Shown here in pieces: positions 39,532-48,578 of a stretch of DNA of 64,000 bases. The notes under the pieces are model-generated. The model searched no databases, was not told the origin of the DNA, and saw only the letters and a program-made list of their open reading frames with translations. The first letter of the stretch is position 1. Each line of letters begins with the position of its first letter. The stretch lies in the IMG/VR virus record IMGVR_UViG_3300022885_000008. One strand, written 5' to 3'. Origin of the DNA: an uncultured virus (IMG/VR IMGVR_UViG_3300022885_000008). Lineage: Duplodnaviria; Heunggongvirae; Uroviricota; Caudoviricetes. The translations under genes and the position numbers were made by a program.

Positions 39532-40755
39532 TTATCGACCAACTTCACTTAAATATTTAGATTTCATTTCGTCCCATGAGATACCAACTGCATCAATGTA
39601 ATACAAATGGTCTGGCTTAAGCCTTCCTTCTGTATGTAGCTTAGTATAACGTCTAATTGCTTTAGGTTTCCACCAATTATTAATGTAATCAATACCCTCT
39701 ACAAACTTCTTTTTCATAACAAGTTCGTCTTCGGATATTTTTCCACATAAAAAGTCATTGCCATTATCATATATAAATGCTCCGTAACAACCACGTTTGA
39801 ACCCGTGCTGATACTTAGACTGTGATATTTTACATTCGGAAAATATTTTACTAATTATTTTCTGTTTGATTCCACTTACTGGGCCGCTGCGTGTATTGTC
39901 ACCTTCTTCTATAGGGAGACCATCTTTACCACGTTCTTCTGTCACATTTATTTCATACCATTGAGTACGGTTTTCTTTTATCCATTGGTGCCACGGAGTA
40001 TAAATTGAATCATCCGGCTTAATACTAATTTTCCCGGCGGATTCACCCAAAGTTTTGAAATGGGGAATAGCGTTATACTGTGAATGAATACCGTATAATG
40101 ATGTTGTACCTACTGCTACAAGTGTCTGACCATACGATGATTTCCAATAATCCCTAACATCAGGGGTTGTTGTCATCGTTGCTATCAATTTTCCACCTAA
40201 GAAATTATAACCAAGTGGCTGTGTACATACAATGGTAGATGCTATACTTGTGTGGTTTAGTTTTCCGGCGGCAAATTTATCTTGTAAAGTCCACCCAATA
40301 TATTTATCACGTACAGCAAGAGAAGTTATATCCGATGCCATTGATACTTGACCTAATAACTTACCACTTACCCTATCCTTTATATTCAATTTGACATTTC
40401 GTCCTGGGTTAGGAGTCCAACTCATAGTATGAATCATACGGCGTATGTGGCTCCACTTAGTAGATTCCTTTTCCGTTGTTACTATTTCAACGTAAGGGTC
40501 CAAGTTTTCTATTTCTCTTACCGTCAAATCATAATCATATATATCGGTGGGATTCCACTGATTATCATATAGCTCTGCCAGTAGCGATTTATTTTTAATC
40601 ACGGCTGGATCTTGAAGTTCAACCCATTTTTTATATAGGGTTTGTTCTTCCACAGTCATACTTGCCAACGTATCTAAGTTCTGAATTAAATTCTGCTTTT
40701 CTTTTGTAAAATCAAATTCATCATCAGGTACTTCGCTGTCCCAAAATGGATTCAT
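39532..40755 (-). CDS. DUF4338/DruA-like protein
   Basis: PGRN, RDKYIGW, PLGYNFLGGKL, TTSLYG. Confidence 0.7.
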   Translation of the reverse strand: MNPFWDSEVPDDEFDFTKEKQNLIQNLDTLASMTVEEQTLYKKWVELQDPAVIKNKSLLAELYDNQWNPTDIYDYDLTVREIENLDPYVEIVTTEKESTKWSHIRRMIHTMSWTPNPGRNVKLNIKDRVSGKLLGQVSMASDITSLAVRDKYIGWTLQDKFAAGKLNHTSIASTIVCTQPLGYNFLGGKLIATMTTTPDVRDYWKSSYGQTLVAVGTTSLYGIHSQYNAIPHFKTLGESAGKISIKPDDSIYTPWHQWIKENRTQWYEINVTEERGKDGLPIEEGDNTRSGPVSGIKQKIISKIFSECKISQSKYQHGFKRGCYGAFIYDNGNDFLCGKISEDELVMKKKFVEGIDYINNWWKPKAIRRYTKLHTEGRLKPDHLYYIDAVGISWDEMKSKYLSEVGR

Positions 40756-41450
40756 TACGCTAACTTGACCAAGTAATATTCAGATGTATAATCCGCCGTA
40801 GCGAATGTTAAATGACATAACCCTTTACTTGAAATCTTCATTGATGCACTTTCACTATTCTTATTAGCAACAAGAATTGACTTTAAATAATCTGCTGAAA
40901 ATTGAATGGGCTTCATATCGCCGGATGATGTACATTTAACTACCATTGATACACGATTGGTGTTCAGTGTGGAATATCCTAAGATAATTTCGCCTGAGTC
41001 TGCTGAATAGCTAAATGTAAATTTATCACTATCAGGAAGAGCTGCTTTAGATTTGATGAATCGAGTGATGAAATCAATATCAAGTTTAATGTCAGCTTCA
41101 AAATCGGGAATCTGCTTCATTTCTGGTACATCGGGAATAACTGCCATGTCCGATAAAACGTATGTTACTGCTGTATTACTATCAGACAACTTAATTGTAC
41201 TATCAGAGTGTCTAACCTTAATGTCAGAATCAAGTACAGTTAACATCGATTTGAGTTGACTGGTTGTATATATACCAAATTCTCCAGCAGGAAAATCGGG
41301 TTCGTTTGATGTTACATTACCCAACAATGTTTTATCATCGGATATAAATGATACATACATTCCAGCGGAATCTGCTGAAATTTTAACAGATTCAACTTCA
41401 CCTGATAGATTGTATCGGGTTATAAATCCGTCTAATTTAGATTTGTTCAT
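40755..41450 (-). CDS. sliding clamp (T4 gp45-like)
   Basis: Size, EFGIY motif and position beside polymerase and clamp loader. Confidence 0.75.
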   Translation of the reverse strand: MNKSKLDGFITRYNLSGEVESVKISADSAGMYVSFISDDKTLLGNVTSNEPDFPAGEFGIYTTSQLKSMLTVLDSDIKVRHSDSTIKLSDSNTAVTYVLSDMAVIPDVPEMKQIPDFEADIKLDIDFITRFIKSKAALPDSDKFTFSYSADSGEIILGYSTLNTNRVSMVVKCTSSGDMKPIQFSADYLKSILVANKNSESASMKISSKGLCHLTFATADYTSEYYLVKLA

Positions 41451-41520
41451 AGTTTACTTTACTTTTTTGGAGTGATTACAATATAAGGATAATTACTGAT
41501 AATACCAAATTATTATCAGG

Positions 41521-42425
41521 TTAAAATGAAAAGAATTGTGATGCGGTTTCCAAATTTTCATTTGGTAGTTCCCATCCAAGTGACGTATAGAATTGTTCCA
41601 ACTTCTTACCGATTTCACTATTCCATATCTGATCATAATCAATGTATGTATTGATTATATTTAGGATTTCATCGGAATCTTTGTAGCCTGTGAAGGCAAC
41701 TGATTCCAATCCAAGATTATTATGTAGTAAATATACCCACTTGATTTTATCACCGTCCTTAATCGGTTCATACTTAGTAGTAAGATTATAATGTGTAAGT
41801 AGTTGATTATGGGCTATACATGATTTGACGTGAGCAGGTGTACCTTTGGTAAACGCACCTAATAATTGGTCTTTATAAGTGTATTTACTTATACCCTTTA
41901 CACCTGAATTACGTCCCAATGATGTAATCGGTTGGTTAGATATATCTTTTCTGTATGCCAGAATTTTGTTATCCACTGCCACCTTATTTTCAACTTTAAG
42001 TATGTCCATCAGTACCTCAGACATAATAGTTTTGAAGTATGGTGGAAATGATGACCTACGTACATCTAGCCCCTTTACATCAAGTTTATCACAGTTAACC
42101 CCCTTATCATTAATAATCCACTGAGCATATCGTTTCTTTGCAACCCAGAATGCGCTCTTAGCAATTGTTTCTTGTTTGATATTAAATCGATGTGATTCAA
42201 TATTAAACATTCGAGTGGCCATAACATCATATGTCGAGTTAATATGATTTTGAATTTCACCTGCTACTGATAGAATGGCAGGTATCATTTGATCATCATT
42301 GTTTTCATCAATATCTGGATTACGTGTTTTTACAAGCGGCGTTGATTCGTAGAATACTGAGTCAGTTAAGTGTCCACGTAAATGTTATAATCTACGTGGA
42401 CTTTTTCAATTTTTTTGATTTTCAT
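41521..42425 (-). CDS. polB: family B DNA polymerase, C-terminal part; interrupted by a stop/frame change at 42364-42371
   Basis: MKIKKIEKVHVDYNIYVDT* (42366-42425) then TDSVFY...KKRYA...VKGLDVRRS in another frame. Confidence 0.85.
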
Positions 42426-43090
42426 AAATAATAATAAATTCACACCCTAGATGGGTTGTTATTTCGTTTTGTCTTATTTTATCCTTTTCAATTCGATTAG
42501 TATGGAATGATTCGTAATATTCAATTACGATATTTTTTTCCTTACTATATCCATCAACCCAGTAGCCAAGTTCTTTAATATAAAATTCTCCGCCATTTTC
42601 GGCGTGTTGGAGGTCTACTATATCAAGTTCTTTTGCTTTGGCCTCAATGATGGAAATTGATGATGGATTATAGTTTGGAGAAATACCATGCTTGGATATC
42701 AATTCGTCAATTCTCTTTAATCTTAGTTTCCTAACACTTTTGGGATTATCCATCGGATTCTTACCAACCGAAGTCCAATACTTATATCGTATTTTCTTCA
42801 TCGCGGCGGTTGCATTTTTCTTCCAAGTCGGGTGTTTATTTCTAGTTTCTATCATTGAATCAATACTATCCTTGCTATGTCGTTTTCCTTTAAATGGATT
42901 TTTATCACCACGAACATCAGCGTGATTCTTACTTAGACTTTCTTTATGTTTATCACTAAATAATTTACCTGTCTTAGAACAACTCAAACATTTCTTATTT
43001 TCAGCTATAGCTTTTTCATGAAACCATTTAGTTTTAATTGTTATTTCGATGCCGCAAGTGGGACAATTTCGTACATATTTTCATCATCAT
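42406..43090 (-). CDS. NUMOD3 plus Vsr/PD-(D/E)XK-like homing endonuclease; one extra A after the ATG
   Basis: RNCPTC...CLSC, NPFKGKRHS, YWVDGY...IEYYESFH...D..RQ. Confidence 0.75.
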
Positions 43091-43136
43091 ATCTCCTATA
43101 ATAAGTATATGATTATTCAACTTTCTGTATGGAGTA

Positions 43137-45080
43137 CTAGACAACAATATCATCATCTTCCGTTAATTCACCAACTTGCTTCTTACTACCATCCATTAAC
43201 GTAACAAATTCATTTACACCAAATATTAATTCTTTGCCATTTTCTAGTGTGAGTTTATGTGGATTTATGTGTTCATTGTAGTATGCGTTGGCAATCTTTT
43301 CCGTAGTTTTAATAATGGTTTGACCACACTCTGTAACAGCTGCAGCATTATCAAGGTCATAAAATCTGAACGTGGCAAGCCCAAGACAGCCATATAAACT
43401 ATTAAGCATGATTTTTTGGGTATGCTGCCTTCTATCGTAGAATTTATACAAATCGGTGGCTCCGGCCTTACCGTGTGATTTCATTAACTTTGTATATTCT
43501 GTTCGTTTTTTAAACCAAACATCTAAGATTTCTGCAATGACACCAACTTTATCCTGTCTATACAATACACCATTGGATGATACCGAATAGTTAGATTCTG
43601 ATAATAGCTCTTGGAATTTAGCTTTGTTAATAGCAGGATAATAGTCGCCGTGACTATCTTCAATAATGTATTCATCTATTTCATCGGATATATATCGTTC
43701 CGTAGTGAAATTATGAACCTTGCCCATCTTAGTTTCTGGACTAATATTTAGGCTCATAATAATACTTGGATACAATGATGTTAAGTCCAAGTCATATACC
43801 CATTTATATAATCCGGTAATAGGTTCCTTTACATATGCTCCTACAAAATCAAGTGCCACCTTATAATCAGTACCAGCTTCTTTTTCTAGTGGCTTTGATA
43901 ATGTAAATGTTGATCCATCATATGAATCATACGATACAATAATATAGCTGGATGTAGATTTACTTATTTTTAATCGGCCTGTTCCAGGTACGTTTGTCAG
44001 TATGTTAGATTCCATATTAAGCTTCGTGGTTCCAACGGGATGCTTTCTACTTAATACTAATGACAAACGGGGTGGTGAATTTGTTGCAATTCTATTATTC
44101 CGTCTAAGGAATGTTAATATAGCACCTTCCAGCCATTTAGATGAAAAAAGAAAATCTTCATATTGAGTGTGACCGGCATGAGTAATTGAACGAGCAAGGT
44201 CAATGAATTGTAGCTTACGGTCCATATCTACCACAAGTTCAACGTCTACCAAGTTATATTCTACAAACGTTTCAATGTCATCTCTGAATAGTTCATCTAG
44301 GCTTCCAACGTATTCTATTTTACCCCTACCCAATACTTCCTTTGCAATAGTATCCAATCGATAATTTGCTAGTTCACTATATGTGAAGTTTTTATATAGA
44401 GCAAGATAATCAAGGGATGATACACCTGCTATTAAATAACGGCCGCGTCTTTCATTCCAATCAACTATACCAATCGGTGACAACCTATTAGCAACACCTT
44501 CCGAAAATACAGTCTTGATTCTGTTATAGAGATATGTAATATCAAAATAATCTATGTTCCACCCAGTTATAATGGTGGGATTTATTTGTTCCCATTTATT
44601 AAGGAATGCAAGTAGTAAGCTATCTTCATCTGGAAAAGATTGTACAATGGCTTTCTTAATCTTCTTATCTATTGATAAATCTGATATCACATATACATAA
44701 TAATCATCTGTTGTAGAATCATGTAGCGCTATTGATGTGATTGCATTATCAGCATCAGTTAAGTCAGGTAACCCCGTTACCATTTCAACTTCAATATCAA
44801 ACGTAACTACAGTATGGCCGGTGGAAATTTCATCACTGTCACCATACGTATCAATTAAGAAACGAATGATTGGATTTATATCGCTTTCGTGTAATTTACT
44901 AGTGGTATATTTATCCCATTCTCCAATTTTCCTTAATTTCTCCCCATAGATAGATTCAAATGCTCCATTAGCATCCGGTACATATGCATACTTATGGTAT
45001 TTTTCTTGCTTGTAACCAAGCTCGTCATCCCAATAATGTATAGTATTGGTCTTCCTATCAAAGTGCACATTCTGATACAT
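43137..45080 (-). CDS. polB: family B DNA polymerase, N-terminal part (3'-5' exonuclease, motifs A and B)
   Basis: FDIE, GWNIDYFD, YNLVD, DLTSLYPSII, KIMLNSLYG. Confidence 0.95.
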   Translation of the reverse strand: MYQNVHFDRKTNTIHYWDDELGYKQEKYHKYAYVPDANGAFESIYGEKLRKIGEWDKYTTSKLHESDINPIIRFLIDTYGDSDEISTGHTVVTFDIEVEMVTGLPDLTDADNAITSIALHDSTTDDYYVYVISDLSIDKKIKKAIVQSFPDEDSLLLAFLNKWEQINPTIITGWNIDYFDITYLYNRIKTVFSEGVANRLSPIGIVDWNERRGRYLIAGVSSLDYLALYKNFTYSELANYRLDTIAKEVLGRGKIEYVGSLDELFRDDIETFVEYNLVDVELVVDMDRKLQFIDLARSITHAGHTQYEDFLFSSKWLEGAILTFLRRNNRIATNSPPRLSLVLSRKHPVGTTKLNMESNILTNVPGTGRLKISKSTSSYIIVSYDSYDGSTFTLSKPLEKEAGTDYKVALDFVGAYVKEPITGLYKWVYDLDLTSLYPSIIMSLNISPETKMGKVHNFTTERYISDEIDEYIIEDSHGDYYPAINKAKFQELLSESNYSVSSNGVLYRQDKVGVIAEILDVWFKKRTEYTKLMKSHGKAGATDLYKFYDRRQHTQKIMLNSLYGCLGLATFRFYDLDNAAAVTECGQTIIKTTEKIANAYYNEHINPHKLTLENGKELIFGVNEFVTLMDGSKKQVGELTEDDDIVV

Positions 45081-45370
45081 TAAACAGACATTGTTATTTC
45101 AGTGATGCGGTAGTTTCCCATATAGCTAAGTAAATCATGTGCATCATCTATCATAAATTTCATGTTTCTATCACCACCCAACCAATCCTTACGAATAAAA
45201 TTGTCATATGATATGGGATTAGGTATATTGTACCCCATCGCTTTCGCGCGGTCTTTAATTAACCTAGCTGTCCGTGAACATCTACATACAATTACATCGG
45301 AAGTAGCTGCCGATTTACGTATCAAATGAGTTGTTTTTCCTGAGTTTCGTTTTCCTATATTTATTTGCAT
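45080..45370 (-). CDS. small P-loop protein
   Basis: GKRNSGKT and MIDDA. Confidence 0.6.
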   Translation of the reverse strand: MQINIGKRNSGKTTHLIRKSAATSDVIVCRCSRTARLIKDRAKAMGYNIPNPISYDNFIRKDWLGGDRNMKFMIDDAHDLLSYMGNYRITEITMSV

Positions 45371-46500
45371 GTACTTAATTTTTTGTGTAAATTTTCAATC
45401 ATTTTACCTTCGTTTAAAGATAAGTCATTTGCACGAGATATACAACTTAATTCCGATTTTTTTCTAAAATCATCATCATCTAAAACGGCGTCCAATAAAC
45501 TAAACAGCTGTGTTTTCTTACTGAAAAACTGGCCGTCTGGGTCTATTTCATGATAACAATCCGATTCTTGCCAAATCATAGGTGTGCCGTTCATCATACA
45601 ATCAGTACCACTTACGGACCAGCCATAATTTGTCTGTCTCATTTGTATTCCAACCTTACACGTCTGTAATCTAGTGTAATATTCATGCTTTGGTACTTTT
45701 GTATTGTCTACCCATCCATGCGGAGGTGTACCATTCAATTGTGGAACCCACACTGTAAAGTCTTGTCGATGTGTTCTATATTCTTCCATTAGTTCCATGA
45801 ACTTAGGATATCCTTTATATGCAGCGGCCCTATGATTGAATACAATTATATTTTCCGGATTGTTGCTAGCTGAAGTTACAATTTTTTCTTTGGGTAATCC
45901 TAAGTTCCAAACTGTAAGAATTCTATCCAATTTATCAATAAAGTCATCGTTGAATGTTTCCCTAGCTTCCGATAATACTCTGTTCTTTTGGTCTTGGGTA
46001 TTTAAGTAGCACGTATCCATTTGAGACATACCAAGTAATTCAATTGGTAGCCACATCCACTTTGCTTTGCCAGCTCTACGGTCAATACCATTACAAGATT
46101 TCATTTCCCACCAATGGCAGTAACCAATTATCTTTGTGTCAATTGATTTTTTGTACCTACCTACTTGCGGCCAATCTGGCAGATGAGAATAAATTACATC
46201 GTAGTCAACATCCCTTAATATAGCCATCAACTTATCAGACGGAAACGCGCGCTGGTTCATCATGTCACCAGGAATATCAATTTGATGTTGCTTTACATTT
46301 GGTAAATTTAACTTTTTACTAACGTTTCCCGTTGGCATTATTATATGCCAAAAGTATTCACCATACTGATTTAATCCTTTGATGTGGTTATGTATTACAT
46401 CTACAAACGAATCCTTTTCTATATTGGATGAATTTGTAATATTAGGTATAACCAATACTTTGCGAGCTGATGCGTAATCTATACTATCCCAGAATTCCAT
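45361..46500 (-). CDS. GT-B glycosyltransferase, candidate DNA-modifying enzyme
   Basis: FNHR...YKGY, GWSVSGTDCMMNGTP; located inside the replication module. Confidence 0.65.
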   Translation of the reverse strand: MEFWDSIDYASARKVLVIPNITNSSNIEKDSFVDVIHNHIKGLNQYGEYFWHIIMPTGNVSKKLNLPNVKQHQIDIPGDMMNQRAFPSDKLMAILRDVDYDVIYSHLPDWPQVGRYKKSIDTKIIGYCHWWEMKSCNGIDRRAGKAKWMWLPIELLGMSQMDTCYLNTQDQKNRVLSEARETFNDDFIDKLDRILTVWNLGLPKEKIVTSASNNPENIIVFNHRAAAYKGYPKFMELMEEYRTHRQDFTVWVPQLNGTPPHGWVDNTKVPKHEYYTRLQTCKVGIQMRQTNYGWSVSGTDCMMNGTPMIWQESDCYHEIDPDGQFFSKKTQLFSLLDAVLDDDDFRKKSELSCISRANDLSLNEGKMIENLHKKLSTCK

Positions 46501-46530
46501 AAGTGTACAATATACACATTTTAATTGACA

Positions 46531-47322
46531 TTACCAAAAATTTAACGAACTTTTTTCATACGATGTATAATGGTGGTGTATTTCATTCATAAACACATCA
46601 CTATTTTTAGGATAATCCTTTTCAGGATGTTTAAGTAATTGCTTAAGATTCTTTTTGGACCGGGGATTACCTATTAACTGAATATATCTATGCTTGGACG
46701 CTTCTATACGTCTCCAAAATTCAGTTATATTTTGCTTACCAATTTCGCGTCTCAGATGGTCCACGTTACTAGATCCCCACTTAGAAAATACAGTTCTACT
46801 GTGAATCCACTTATACGGATTTTTTTGTAGTGACAATTCATAATTGGGCATTAATGCCAAATCTGTATTGGTTCCCTGGTATATCCAATTTGTAGCCTGA
46901 TATATCCTACCTAAATGAGCTTGGCTGGCATCCGCATAGGATATCAGCGCTTTAATATCAGGGTCATTTTCCTTAATCCACTTGAATGTTTTACCAAGTG
47001 CATATGATTCTATATTTGACCCGTATCCATCATGTATATACAGTCGGGTCAATTCCAACACAGAATCTATCGCCAGTGTGTCTGAGACGCTCGCTGCCGC
47101 TGATCGACCAACAGGATTACCGTAGATAGCGCAGCCAATTAATACATCGTCTCCGAACGTATCAGAGCTACTATCGACGTAATATATACCAATAGCGTAC
47201 TTACATGAAGACCATGAATGTGTGTAATGATATTTTACAATCATTTTTTTGGCTACCACAGCATTTATTTTTTTAATAAACACTTTTGATGTATCACAGT
47301 AATGTTTTCCTTCTTCTTTCAT
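46531..47322 (-). CDS. Mom-like GNAT protein
   Basis: HY, LELTRL, ISYAD...HLG.IYQATNW.Y.G, KHRY. Confidence 0.8.
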   Translation of the reverse strand: MKEEGKHYCDTSKVFIKKINAVVAKKMIVKYHYTHSWSSCKYAIGIYYVDSSSDTFGDDVLIGCAIYGNPVGRSAAASVSDTLAIDSVLELTRLYIHDGYGSNIESYALGKTFKWIKENDPDIKALISYADASQAHLGRIYQATNWIYQGTNTDLALMPNYELSLQKNPYKWIHSRTVFSKWGSSNVDHLRREIGKQNITEFWRRIEASKHRYIQLIGNPRSKKNLKQLLKHPEKDYPKNSDVFMNEIHHHYTSYEKSSLNFW

Positions 47323-47909
47323 GATATATCGTATGTAAATATGTGCTTTGGTTTTGTATCAATTAACACAACACCTTCATCTTTTTCTTTATATCTTCTA
47401 TTGATTTCGACGCCATACGGTCTATCTAACATTGACAATGTACGAACATGAAATTTCTTTCCGTCTACCAGTAATGATTTGCCAGTAGAAGTCAATCCCA
47501 AATATTTGAAATTTGATGCTCTATAAATTACACCTGTGTGGCCTTGTTCGCCGTCTGCATATGATATGACAAATTTCCAATTTGAATTTTTCTTTAACCA
47601 CTTTAACGTCCGACTTACAAAAAATGATTCGGCGTTTTTAGGAGTGTCATCTATACAGCATAACCTACGTAGTTCTAAAACTGCCATCGGATTATCTGGA
47701 TAATATTTTGCTCCTGCTGCTGCACCAGCCGGCCTAGTGTAAACACAGACACCGACAATTTCGGGAATATTAAATTTTCCAGGGCGTAGTAAGCAGAACG
47801 TATGTTTGTGTTGAATATTAACGTAATCGGAATAATGCCAACACCTCATAAATGTACGAATCGATTTATTAAACGAAGTGTGTTCTACCCAATATGATTG
47901 TAATGCCAT
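47319..47909 (-). CDS. Mom-like GNAT protein
   Basis: HY, LELRRL, ISYAD..QGHTG.IYRASNF.Y.G, KH. Confidence 0.8.
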   Translation of the reverse strand: MALQSYWVEHTSFNKSIRTFMRCWHYSDYVNIQHKHTFCLLRPGKFNIPEIVGVCVYTRPAGAAAGAKYYPDNPMAVLELRRLCCIDDTPKNAESFFVSRTLKWLKKNSNWKFVISYADGEQGHTGVIYRASNFKYLGLTSTGKSLLVDGKKFHVRTLSMLDRPYGVEINRRYKEKDEGVVLIDTKPKHIFTYDIS

Positions 47910-47910
47910 T

Positions 47911-48576
47911 TTAAAAAAACTTGTTTATATACGATTCACGTACAATATTATCTCCGGCATCATATCTACTATTTTGCCCCTTTGGATACGGTAACACATC
48001 ATATTTTTCCATTAATTCTTTTCTTAATTTCTTTTTTTGATGCTTATTTCCCGTCACCTGAAAGTATCTATGTTTGCCTTCTTGTTCTTTGAATGTAATT
48101 GTATATCCCATACCAATCAGCGCGGGTATAGATGATGTACCGTATCTGGCAAATATTGTCCTACGGTGAGTTTCTTCACCATTGACATATATTATCTTTT
48201 CTTTTGATGACATACCGGTATACATCCAATTAGTTGCTTGGTATATATATCCGTGATGACCCCAATTCTGATCAGCATACGATACAACATGCGGGTCTTT
48301 AATTAGATTCAGGCATCCGGCTAAAAAGAACGAGGTAATGTTTTTTTGATTTAATTCGTTTGTAACCAGCCTACTTAATTCGTATGGTGAATCTTCTAAA
48401 TCAAATCTAGCGATGGCTGGAGAGAAAACACAAACTCCTTCAATGTGATTATTTATAAAAAGACCGAAAGATTTCGATATAGTTGGCATTCTTTTTAGAT
48501 AATGTTTATCCAAAAGCCAATCAGTACATACCGATTGTTTTATGCTAACTATATTAACGTTCTTAGTATCTATCAT
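47911..48576 (-). CDS. Mom-like GNAT protein
   Basis: HYL, YELSRL, VSYAD...GHHGYIYQATNW.YTG, KHRY. Confidence 0.8.
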   Translation of the reverse strand: MIDTKNVNIVSIKQSVCTDWLLDKHYLKRMPTISKSFGLFINNHIEGVCVFSPAIARFDLEDSPYELSRLVTNELNQKNITSFFLAGCLNLIKDPHVVSYADQNWGHHGYIYQATNWMYTGMSSKEKIIYVNGEETHRRTIFARYGTSSIPALIGMGYTITFKEQEGKHRYFQVTGNKHQKKKLRKELMEKYDVLPYPKGQNSRYDAGDNIVRESYINKFF

Positions 48577-48578
48577 TC

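Noticed and set aside
39532..40755. Druantia defence system
   Set aside because: Only a DruA-like gene is present, embedded in the replication module, with no DruE-type helicase
42426..43136. Group I intron interrupting polB
   Set aside because: The endonuclease fills nearly the whole gap, leaving about 50 nt of non-coding sequence and no room for a ribozyme core; the downstream half has its own ATG
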